Shown here piece by piece: positions 38,363-49,413 of a DNA stretch of 64,000 bases (the first letter of the stretch is position 1; the number at the start of each line of letters is the position of its first letter). This DNA comes from Paecilomyces variotii (taxonomy: Eukaryota), in NCBI GenBank assembly GCA_004022145.1, contig RCNU01000004.1. The stretch is one strand, 5' to 3'. Below the pieces are notes generated by a model. The model worked only from the letters and a program-made list of their open reading frames with translations. It had not been told where the DNA came from and did not search any database. The position numbers were made by a program, and so were the translations under genes.

Positions 38363-38488
38363 GCCCGGATGGTCTAGTGGTATGTTACAAATGGCACCCT
38401 CGCAGCCAATCATCATTGCTAATTCAAATTCAGGTATGATTCTCCGTTTGGGTCGGAGAGGTCCCGCGTTCAAATCGCGGTTCGGGCC
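38363..38488 (+). tRNA. tRNA-Pro(UGG) copy 1, interrupted in the D-loop by a 54-nt spliceosomal-type intron (exons 38363-38379 and 38434-38488)
   Basis: Joined exons read GCCCGGA TG GTCT AGTG|GTA TGAT T CTCCG TT TGG GT CGGAG AGGTC CCGCG TTCAAAT CGCGG TTCGGGC C (72 nt): 7-bp acceptor stem, 5-bp anticodon stem around TGG, 5-bp T stem, A and B boxes, downstream T run. Confidence 0.92.
38380..38433 (+). other. Spliceosomal-type intron inside tRNA-Pro copy 1
   Basis: Donor GTATGT (38380), branch GCTAAT (38418-38423), acceptor CAG (38431-38433). Confidence 0.82.
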
Positions 38489-38499
38489 TTACCTTATTC

Positions 38500-38506
38500 T
38501 TTTTTT
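38500..38506 (+). terminator. Pol III oligo(dT) terminator of tRNA copy 1
   Basis: T7 run starting 12 nt after the discriminator base. Confidence 0.75.
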
Positions 38507-38576
38507 CCTTTTTTTCTTATTGAGCTGTCATTATATTTTCTTAGAGCATCTCCGAAGAGAGTTCTATTACAGCATC

Positions 38577-38711
38577 GCCCGGATGGTCTAGTGGTAAGTT
38601 ACCAAATATCTATATGTCACACTAGTCTTTGTCTGTCTCTAACATTCTCTCCTCAGGTATGATTCTCCGTTTGGGTCGGAGAGGTCCCGCGTTCGAATTG
38701 CGGTTCGGGCC
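38577..38711 (+). tRNA. tRNA-Pro(UGG) copy 2, interrupted in the D-loop by a 63-nt spliceosomal-type intron (exons 38577-38593 and 38657-38711)
   Basis: Exons identical to copy 1 except G57 and T61 (GTTCGAATT). Same insertion point between G18 and G19. Downstream T run. Confidence 0.88.
38594..38656 (+). other. Spliceosomal-type intron inside tRNA-Pro copy 2
   Basis: Donor GTAAGT (38594), branch TCTAAC (38638-38643), pyrimidine tract and acceptor TTCTCTCCTCAG (ends 38656). Confidence 0.82.
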
Positions 38712-38723
38712 TATGCTTCATTC

Positions 38724-38732
38724 TTTTTTTTT
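38724..38732 (+). terminator. Pol III oligo(dT) terminator of tRNA copy 2
   Basis: T9 run starting 13 nt after the discriminator base. Confidence 0.75.
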
Positions 38733-39322
38733 CTTCTCTTTTAATTTGATTCCTCACCTTGACTTTCCAAGTTATTTATTACCATGTCAAGGTGGATTCA
38801 ATTGATTCATTAATTGAACCATCGGGCAGGCGTGATGTCGTCCTGTGTGGTGGGACATGAGTCTCGACAAATGAGTCGATAGGAATCCTTTTTTCTTTGG
38901 ACTGAAGATCTTCATGACACCAAGTGAAGATGAGAGAACTAACTACTAAGGTGGTAGCTACTGTTTGGCGTATCGAGAGATGGTATCGAGTAATATCTCA
39001 TTCTCATTGTTGTTTTACTCTTTGTATAGGAAAGCAGTAACTCTTTAAATACTCATCACTACTTGGGACTCTCGTACCATTTTCATAATTGAAGTATCGC
39101 CATAAGCAAAGAGAGGGAGAAGGCTAACGAGCCCATGCTACGGAGAAAATTGAAGTATTTTTTTTACCAGTACTCTTTTATATTATCAGAATCCGCCATA
39201 GAGGGTGAGGCCCTCATCATGAAAGCGACATTGGAAGAAGGAAAAGAAAGAAGCAGATTTCACATCAATAGTAATACAAAGAGTATTAAACCTTCCATGT
39301 ATGATATCCATCCATTCGTCCA

Positions 39323-42300
39323 TCAAGCCTTCGCACTGACTTCAACGCCTGCCTTAGTTTCATTCATGGAACCCTGTCCAGACCCGTTGGTTGTAGGAGC
39401 AGACGGTGGTCCCTCAGCCCACATGGGAGCGATGGTTTCTACCGCTCTCTCAATCACAACCCTCACTCTATCTCTCAATACGGCGTAGGAGCATTCGACA
39501 TTTAGATCCTCCAGCCAGACACGAGCGACGTGCTTATCGACCTTGATCTCGATTCCGGGGAAGGGGATTCCGAGAGCATTTAGGCGAGCGAGCTCTGCTG
39601 CCTCGGCCTCAGCGACATCTTCAGCATCTTCTTCCTCTTCTTCCTCCTGTTCTTCCGCATTGGAGGCTGGAGTTTCAGTGCCGGGTTCGGTCTTAATGGC
39701 GCTAGGTGTCGACACGCCATCCTGGCTCTTTGCAGCGGACAGGTCTTTAGGGAGACGAGGACGTTCGATTGGGACAATGTCTGATCCGAACTGTGCTTCT
39801 AGCATCATCAAGAGGCGCCCAAAACGCTCTTCTGGGCCAAGATTCGAGTGTGGGTTCGGGGGAAGTGGAACATCATGGCTATGGTGGTTGTGCTTGCTGG
39901 ACTCTGTGATCCGGAATGCCAGTTAGTCCTATCATGCGACAGTAGTTGGGAAGACAGTAGATCTGAAACATACGCTTTACGGAAGCAGGGCTGCTTTCGA
40001 CTGTCAGAAGCACGGCCATAACTGCATCAGCTACCCCGTCGTTCATCATGTTACCCTCCCACTCCAGCTCGACCTCACGAGTGCGGGCCATATATCTGAC
40101 AACCACGCAGCCCATCACAAGATATGCGTGGTCCTCTTCGTGAGGGATTTCCTCGTCAGCAGCCTCAACTTTCTCCAAGTGACCGTTTTTGCCGTTGATT
40201 GAATCGTCTCCGTTTTCCTTTTTAGCCAGCTCCTGGTGGCTGACACCGATCTCTTCTATCGCACCAAATGTGCCCTCAAGGGCCCATTTTATCAAATCCA
40301 TGCTTGCTGAGCTAAGCGTGATGTGTTGCTTGCAGGTAATGGTCGTTGTTGTCAGGCCCGCATACTCGCGGAGGTCATCAGGCGCCATCAGCGACAGGTT
40401 GAATCCGTTCTGAACCAAGACCCCCGCCATCAGACGGCCATCATCTTGTTCTGATGGGGGAGTGATCTCCGCCAACTTGCCGACAACTTTGGCGACCTTG
40501 TCTTTTCGGAAAGGTATGCGTACTTCTTCACAGTTGGCAGGCGTGTAGATCTTAACCTTCACTGTCTTCTCGGAATTAAGACTGAGGAGTTTGGATTTAA
40601 GACGCATCATTTGGTGCTTCTCGCCATGTACCAGGATCTGGGATAGGATGTCAGTTCAAATTGCCCACGCATAGTAAAGGACAATATACATACTACAACA
40701 GGAGCAGCGACTTCTTCGATAAAATTCCGATTCTCCACGCCATCAACGTGTGCCGCGAAACTGATCTCATCAATGGTACATCTTCTCGGGATCATGACCT
40801 TCTGCTCCTGATCACCAGCAGTCGGGACTCGACCTCGGACAGGCAAGGCTGCCGTCCTGGACATGACTGCAGGGATCTGCTCCGGTTCATTGAGAAGTTG
40901 CTTAGCCATAGTTCCTTCAACGCTATAACCCGTCATAACAACCCCATTTCGTTCGCTAGGCGCCCATCTTTCCAAGAGCTCCCTACTTGTTCCGGTTTGG
41001 AGCATACCAGGAGAAGCTAGCATAACGCAACTACCGACGTCATCAAAACGCTCCAGACTTCTTAGACTGCGAACAAATTTGAAGTCCCAAGGCCCCGCGC
41101 TGACGCTCTTGTCGCCTCTGGCCTCCGCTTCTGCCATCCGCTGACGGAAAAGACGCTTGATGTTGTCGTTCATGGCACCAATGTAGGTCTGATAGACAAC
41201 CATACAGCGACGTGCTGTGTTTCCAATATAGTAGATAGGGATCTTCTGGAGCTCTGGGTGCTTCTCCCAGTATTCATCCAAGATCAAAAGTAGTTCCTGT
41301 GCACGACCCAAAGCAAACACAGGCATGAGAACCCTGCCTCCTCGGTTCAAAACACCAGTGACTGTCTTCATAAGAGCTGCTTCACGCTCTAGTCGAGGAG
41401 GGTTCGATGAGATACCGAATGTCGATTCCGTAATGAGAACATCGATCTTAACGCCTCTGGGAACCTCTGCAGGTATCAGATGGCGGTCCTCTTCTCGAGA
41501 GTAGTCGCCAGTGAAAAGTATGTTGAGCCCAGCAATGGATACCAAAAACATAGCAGCACCGAGGACATGGCCAGCGGGGAAAGGAGTTACGCGGATACTG
41601 TTTATTGTGTGGGTCGTGTTGAAGTCAATTGTCTCGATTAGGGGCAGGGTCGACAGGTGATCGTGTTCTGTGTATAGTGTCGTCCGTTGGTCTGATGATG
41701 AAGATGTATTGCTGACTCGGACGTTGTCTTGGATAAGCCATTTGTAGATTGCTTTGGTTGCATGCGTCATGAAGACACGGCCTTTGAAGTTTGTCTTGCT
41801 CAAGACATAGGGGAGGGCAGAGGAGTGGTCGACGTGGAAACTGTAGTGATACAATACTCATACATTAGCTATTTCTGCAAGCGAATAGAATTGAAAGTCG
41901 CGACACATGAATGGATCAAGAGGTTGCGAGATGCTCGCAACCATACGAGAGGCTTTGACAGTAGGGCGTACGGGAGGACAAATATCCGATAATGTCAGAC
42001 TGAAGATATTGTATTGTTTCTCTGATATACATGCAGTCAAGTATAAAGGGTGTGTGGTATGATCCTCTTCCAGCGGTGCTGCTCGAGTATGGGCTTTTAT
42101 CCGCTCCGTATACAGCACACCAGGTAGACACTCCAGTGATATTATATCTGCGTGACAACAAGCTCGAATGAAAGAAAGAGATCGGACGTACTGGCTGATA
42201 AGGAGTATGTCAACTGTGCTGAGATCGAACTCGTCGAAGAATGGAAGAGAGGCAAAGCCTTCTTTTGCAGGGTGCATGCCAGCATCAAGCTATCGGTCGT

Positions 42301-42491
42301 TAGCACTGCAACGGAAACCAAGGAATACAAGGACAAACCATGACAGTTTTCCCCTTATATTGAATTATATGACAAGAACGGCCAACTTCATTTCCACCAC
42401 CCAGACAATAGAAGGCTAGCTCATCTGAAGGGTCGACAGGCTCCTCGTCCACCGTGGCCGTCATGGCCGAGGCTTTCCGCTTTGCCGCCAT
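39323..42491 (-). CDS. ysh1: mRNA 3'-end processing endoribonuclease Ysh1 (CPSF73/CPSF3), multi-exon
   Basis: [28 protein letters not shown] (metallo-beta-lactamase HxHxDH), [22 protein letters not shown], beta-[23 protein letters not shown] and a CPSF73 C-terminal domain. Confidence 0.95.
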
Positions 42492-43208
42492 GATAATCCA
42501 ACACTGCGAAAATAGATGTCAAATCGAAAGAGCTGTCTTTTCTTGCGTCTGTATAGTATGTGGGGGCAAATAGATAGATGAACGAGTAAGTGAAAAGCTA
42601 CAAGAGATTATAGCCAAGCTACCAGTATCGTAGCATGTCAGATGTGAATCGAGCGCGATCTCGATGTCAGCATCATGGGGTCAAAGAAGCCATTGGGAAG
42701 AGTTCAGCACATGTTGCACAATGTATCGTAACACCGCAAGCTTCTGCCGTCGTCCCAACTTGATATCAGTGACAAAGGCACAATCCAAACACAGTCCTGT
42801 TTCTCTTCTACTGTCCGTCCCCTTCGCTTCGCGCGGGCAAAGGCGAAGGACCGGCAGCTTACATAACTCAAAAATGCAACTCACGTGATCGCGGCGGCGC
42901 GCGCTTCTCTTGAGTCTGGTCGTCTTTGATCTTCCAAGCTCGCATCGCACCGTTGCGACCCATCGACCAGGCCTCTCCCATTCACTGTCCACCATTATCT
43001 ACATAACCGGGCGATTCACTGTTAGCTCATCCTTCATTCAAATGCCTGACTAGACAGTTCTGAAATGGTTACAGCTGGCGGAGAAATACGGTTCGAGCTC
43101 TCCGCTCAGTTCTCAGGTCCTCGCGCGGGCACCTTGTCCTCACCTCGATAGGCGTATTCGGACCGGACAGCGAACAATAGATATTGACTCGAGGAGTCTT
43201 TGTTCATC

Positions 43209-44946
43209 ATGGCGCAAACTCAGCCTCACCAGTTCCCTTCACAACCTTTCTCTCCTCCGGTGTCTACACCATCGCCAGGCGCCGCTTCGCCAGTGAACGG
43301 GGGCGCTGTTCCACCTCCTCAGAAACGACAACGGCTCTCGCCCATGCCTCAGTCGCAATCTCCATACGCCTCTCCGAGTTTTGGAACACTTCACCTTCCT
43401 CAGAACCCTGCCCCTATGATGAATGGAACAAATATGAACGGCATGACGCCGACACAGATGCCTTCACAAGCACCGCCTCCAGTGGGCTCGATGGGACCGC
43501 CTTCGCGGCCGGTCGAGAAGACGACGGATGCCGCTGAGCTCACAGATGTGATAGCGTCGTCCGGTATCGATATGAAAGAGGAAGAAGCCTTCCTTACTCA
43601 AGAATATGCGGCTCCCGGTGCGCAGGCGCAGCAGAGACCACAACCGCCGCCGCTGAATATGTCCTTTACCTCCCAGGCGTCCACGCCGGGTACGATGACC
43701 CCGTCAGCCAGCTTCACCGATCTCTCTCAACAGAAACCACCTAGTGCGCCGGACTCATTCTATGCTGGAGAGCCAGCAGCCCCGGTCCCTGCTCCGTTCA
43801 AGGATCCCAATGAACCGACGCGCGAAGACACACAGGCAGCTAGGCGGTCACAATATCACCTGCAGGATCCTTTTCTGCTTACGAAAGTTCTAGAGCAGAG
43901 GCTGCAGAAGCGCGGTTTTGAATTAGGTGTCCGTATACCAGCAGAAGGGTTGTTTCATCCCGTGCCTGGCCGGCCACAGCCAATCGAAGTTACGGGACCC
44001 GACGGGTCGTCTATTGTGCGTAAAGGCCAGACGATTTTGAACCAGGAGGGCGCACCTCTGGTGGACATCTTGACGCTCATGTCCTTGTCATGCGAAGAAC
44101 GACTACGGACTGTGGTTGATTACTCCGCGACGCTGGCAAGGAGCCGGCGTAACCATTCCCACGGCATAATACCAACTGAATGGAAGGAACTGGCTGTACC
44201 TGTTGGGGCGGACGATGAGAACGCGGTCGGCCCGAAAGCTGCCTCTCTCAAACGTACGGTACATCCGAAACCATCATAGCGTAATGATGCTAACAAGATC
44301 TACAGGTTCTCATCCAGAAAGTACAGACACCGTTACTAACCCACTCGCGGAAAAATACCGGAAGTTCATGGATAAGGATGTGTCGGTTGAGGAGATCCGT
44401 GCATCCAAGCGGGCCAAGCGCAGTGCAAGCGCCATCCTAGGAGATAGTAGCAGAGCAGGTTCGGTGGATGTTCTGGCCTCAGGAGCAGCTACACCCACGG
44501 GTGAAAAGACGCCATCGTTTGATAAGAAGGGATTAACCAAGAAAGAAGCGAAGAAGCAGTTGGATGCTCGAGCTAGCGAAGCTCAACAGCACCAACAGTC
44601 CATTGAAACTGCCCGAATGGCTACCAACAACATGCTGTCGGGTAACCCCTTTGGCAGAAAGAAGACATATTCATGGCTCAACAAAGGCCCATCTGCGGGC
44701 AGCGGGTTTTCTACTCCACGGACGCAGCCAGCAACGCCTGGCGCTGGGGGCGACAAGGGCAGCCGGTCCGGTGATACGGGCGCAGCGACTGCCACCAAGC
44801 GGCTTGGGGACTGGCGGGAAGACAAGGAAAAAGGCGCAGGTATCCAAGTGCGGGATATCCTGTTCATGCTGGAACTGGACGGGCGAGGTACGCGGCACGT
44901 CCAAAAGGCCTACTCAAAGGATGTCAAAGAGGATCGACTCGAGTAA
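43209..44946 (+). CDS. taf4: TFIID subunit TAF4, 2 exons
   Basis: ELTDVIASSGIDMKEEEAFL, histone-fold region (LMSLSCEERLRTVV), TARMATNNML and C-terminal IQVRDILFMLE. Intron GTACGG...GCTAAC...TACAG near 44253-44305. Confidence 0.8.
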
Positions 44947-47121
44947 TCGATCCAGCAGGATTTTAATATATTTCTTTTACCTGGATTTTATGTGTTGTCT
45001 CTGAGAGGCAGCGGCGCTCAAGAGTGCCGCTTGCTGAATTTCGCATGGCTGCTGCGTGGGATCATGGTTTGAGGCGTTGCGGCAGACTGTTTGTCAGGGA
45101 CCATCATCTTTGTTCTTCCTTATGGTCTGTATATTTTCCACGGCGGTCGGCGCCCAGTTTCTTCGTGCGGAATCTCTTTTACTTTTTTTTTGAGTATGGC
45201 GAGAAGATCCCTCCGGATGGATGTCGGTCAGCGCAGCCCAGGAGATCCTGGTTCTGCTGCCATTTGAGGGGTTTTCGGGTCGACATTATGAGTCGATGAT
45301 ACGAGTTACACTGCGCTTCCTGTAGCGAAACAGGTATACCCTACTCTACGGTCTACGGAATATCTACTAGCTATGACTATTGGTAGTCCGATAATTGGAG
45401 AGCATATCGACATCAAGTTCAACTGTGGTCATGTATAGACCCGGATGGGGATCGTAGTAATCCGACATTTTTGTCGCATCTCTTTAAGGTACGATACTTG
45501 CCAGCGTGAAAGAGTCCTTAACCGCATAGCTGCTACCGTGTAAAGATGAATTTGATCTCTCCGAAGTGCTACGGGCCGCTTTTGAAGTCCGCGGCGGGGG
45601 GATACGAGCGATATCGGGAATGGTGCCACGCACGCAGCTTGGAAGCGCAATTTCAGGGACGTCTTGGGACAAGTCGATATAGTGGAACAAAGTCCTTGAT
45701 GATTCTTTATTCCTCCAGAGTGTCGACGATATGTGATCACGAAGCGTGATCAAGATCCAGCTAGTGCTGATTTGACACTTTGCTCCATGTAGCAATGACG
45801 GGGATTATCATACATACCATGTGGCTGAGAGAGCACGACCCTTTTGTGACCATGTTAGGAACATTCTTTCGAATGCCTTGGAGATCACAGATCGAGGAAT
45901 GGATTATTGCAGCCATCAAAAGAAAAAAAAAAAAAAGAAAAGGAGTCGCGCAAATGATGTGAGAAAACGGTTCCAGCCTCGTCTGACCGCGGCGTCGTCC
46001 GTATGGGAACGATGGCGATGCAAGATGGAGGGACTGACTTTTTCTAATAATTAAAAGACTTCATTTGTTCTTGTCGGCTGCAGCGCCAGTGGGCGCAAGG
46101 GGACTTTTTCTTGTCCGGAGGGGTTCGGGGCATGACATCGACCCTCTTGAAATTCAAGAGTCGCGGTGACGTTGCCACCGACGGCGGTTTCTTTTCGAAT
46201 AATGGTTCCTGTCTGTAACTATCCAGAGAATTCTTTGCCAGAGAACAACAACACTACCTCATCGCGCAGAGAGTAGAAGAGTATCTAGAGCAGAGCAGGA
46301 GAGCGTGTACCATAGACTCGTTTCTTAGTGGTATGGCGCGGTGTACAGAGCCCCCCAGGGCACAGTGAGCAGCCCCGTCTGCCCAAGTCTCATCCTCAAA
46401 TCTCTCGCGGAGTCTGGACCGCAAGTAGAGAGCGTCTCCGTTAGTCACTATTTGTATGGTAACTAGTCAATATGGCCTCGGGAAGATCGCCCTTTTCCCC
46501 CAGCCCAGAGGACGAAGGAAATCGATGAAATGGAAGGCAGCTGAGGCGTAGATCAACGTGGTGACGGTGTCTGTGTGTTCTGATATCCTCGTAGCCGAAC
46601 GAAACCACAGTCAGCGGCGTCGCCCCGTCCCCCATCCTATCCCATCGCATCCTATCGTCTCCATCCCCATCATCCGCGAGCGCCTCGTTTAGTCTTCTTT
46701 CCCCCGGCTGCTTCTTCCATCTTTCGTTGCAACGTCGTTCATCCCGTACACGTCCTCGAGCATCGCTTCTTGATCCTGTGTTTCCTGATCAGATGCCTCC
46801 TTCACGGTCAATGGTGGTTCCATTCATCATCTCGGCCCGCTGAAGGAAACGAGACTGGTTGAACGCCGACCGATCGATTATTACCTCGTCATCCGGACGT
46901 CTCCCACGTTTCCACTGCCCAGAAGAACCCCTCGATCGCATCCCTGAACACCTCAAAAACCCGTCGTGAAGACGAGTCTTGTCTCGACGGGCAATTCTCC
47001 CTCTCGGAAGTCGCCTCGTGCTGGTGGCTGACTCGCTCCGCGCAACTCACCTCCGTCTTTCGTCCCTCCACAACCTCAGCCTTCGTCGCTCGTCCAGACG
47101 CCCAGGTCTGACAGTCCCGTC

Positions 47122-49413
47122 ATGTCGACTCCGTCGACAGCCACTGCGACACATCCTTCGCATCATCAACATTATGGGTATCCGCATCACCAAGCATCAT
47201 ACCAGGCCAACGGTTCATACCCTTCAGCTACGACAACAACAGGGACTTCTCGCCTAGCCAACCCGTACACATATCCCGCCAACACGCCAACTACAACCCT
47301 TCCCTATCCTCAATCGAAGCCTCCAGTACCCTCCACGACGGGGACCATGTCCTCTTATCCAAATAACAACGCTCCGACCACTGTTCGGGTCCCCCGGAGG
47401 AAGAAGCCCGACTGGGGCGAGTTCTATAAGAACGGGTTGCCAAAGGAGGTGATCGTCATCGATGACACTCCTACTCCTGAGCCGCATGAGGAAGACCCCT
47501 ATCCGCCGGCCGGCCCTTCTACAGCCACGGCCACGGGTGGGATGACCGTTCAGCCCGCAGGTAAGAAAAGACGGACTGGTGTCGAGACCGCGTATGATCT
47601 GGGGTACTACGATCGCCCGTCGTTCTCGATCAACCCCCAGCACTACGGAGAGGATTCATCTGGAACATCCATCTCCACTGATCGAACCACCTCTCTGCAC
47701 ACTACGGCACCCACATCGCTTGGATCTCATGGCAGTTCAGGCGCGAGCAACGGTGTGGTTTATGAAGATGCGAATGTGGGCCAGAAGCGAAAGCGGGTGA
47801 CCACACGAAAGTCTGCTCGCGACGAGCAAAAGCGCCGGGAACTCGAGACGGCTGGAGATGCGTTCCTCAACTACATACCTCCAAAGAAGCCACCTATCAA
47901 AGCGAAGGACGTGCCAGTTCCGGTAGTCCGCGACGTAAGTGACCAGATTAATCATCGCGAGGACTCACGACCGATCATGCTAATGCGCCTGTACAGTACA
48001 CCTATTCAAAGCACCAAAAAGTTGATGATGACGATGGTCACTACATTGTGACGCCGGATACGGATTTGACGGATAGATGTAAGCTACCCCGTAATTCAGT
48101 GGGCATCGAAATACTGCATGCCATGGGGAAAGAGCTAACAGCATCTTTTACAGATTCGATTATCAGGCTGCTCGGCCAGGGAACATTTGGCAAAGTGGTC
48201 GAGGCCTACGATAAGCAAAAGAAGACTCGATGCGCAGTCAAGATTATCCGCTCGGTACAGAAATACCGAGACGCATCCAGGATCGAGCTTCGAGTTTTGT
48301 CGACATTGTCTTCGAATGACAAGACCAACCGTAACAAATGTATTCACTTGCGAGACTGCTTCGATTTCCGAAACCATATCTGCATCGTCACGGATCTCTT
48401 GGGACAGAGTGTCTTTGATTTCTTGAAAGGCAACGGTTTCGTCCCATTCCCTAGCAGTCAGATCCAGAACTTCGCTCGACAACTATTTACCAGCGTGGCT
48501 TGTAAGTTGCAATGACAGCCAGAATCGTTTCCGGTGGCTCCAGACTGACAAATATGCAGTTCTTCATGACCTGAACCTGATCCACACAGACTTGAAACCG
48601 GAGAACATTCTGCTTGTGAACAACGCGTACCAGACATTCACGTATAACAGAACCATCCCCTCGTCCTCTCACACCACTTCAAGGAACGCCCGACAAAGAC
48701 GTGTACTGCTGGACAGTGAGATCCGCCTCATCGATTTCGGATCCGCGACCTTTGACGATGAATACCATTCCTCAGTCGTCTCCACCAGGCATTACCGTGC
48801 GCCTGAGATCATACTGAATCTGGGATGGAGCTTTCCTTGTGATATCTGGAGTATCGGTTGTATTCTCGTGGAGTTCTTCACTGGGGATGCTCTCTTCCAG
48901 ACCCATGATAATCTCGAGCATCTTGCTATGATGGAGGCCGTCTGCGGAGGCAAGATCGATACTAAACTTGTCAAGCAAGTCCAGCAGGGCGGACGAGGCA
49001 ACAGCCAGAATCAAGCGGCCAAGTAAGTTGCGCATGATTTCCGTTCGCTTTTCGCGTCGATACTGACATTTCCAGATATTTCAACCGCAATAAGCTTGAC
49101 TATCCGAACGAGGAGACGACGAGGCAATCACGGAAGTATGTGAAGGCCATGAAACAGCTTTCGGTAAGTTGCCTGTCGTTCACGATTGGCTTGTTCAATT
49201 ACTAACGTCATCTAGGAATTCATTCCATCGAATACGCCTTTTAACAGACAATTCCTCGACCTCCTCCAGCGGATTTTTGTATATGACCCCAAGAACCGCA
49301 TCACTGCCAAGCAGGCTCTCAAGCATCCGTGGTTCAAAGAAACTATCATCGATGATGGCACGGAGGCGTTGCGCATTGGTCAACAACTGCAACGCAACGC
49401 CCAGCGAGGTTAG
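47122..49413 (+). CDS. lkh1: LAMMER dual-specificity kinase (Lkh1/Kns1/CLK family), multi-exon
   Basis: [40 protein letters not shown] and the signature EHLAMME. Last exon ends ...QRNAQRG* at 49413. Confidence 0.94.

Noticed and set aside
38380-38433. Reading the insertions as ordinary endonuclease-type tRNA introns
   Set aside because: They are in the D-loop, not at 37/38; the anticodon loop is uninterrupted; I see no bulge-helix-bulge; and both copies keep donor, branch and acceptor consensus.
38292-38591. 99-aa ORF over the tRNA locus, suggesting the introns belong to a protein gene
   Set aside because: The flanking exons fold into a complete tRNA cloverleaf with A/B boxes and T-run terminators in both copies. 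The ORF reads through intron and poly-T and has no protein-like features.
38363-38711. CRISPR-like or SINE-like reading of the repeat-spacer-repeat pattern
   Set aside because: Eukaryotic DNA with no cas genes. The repeats are tRNA halves, with no SINE body, tail or target-site duplication visible.
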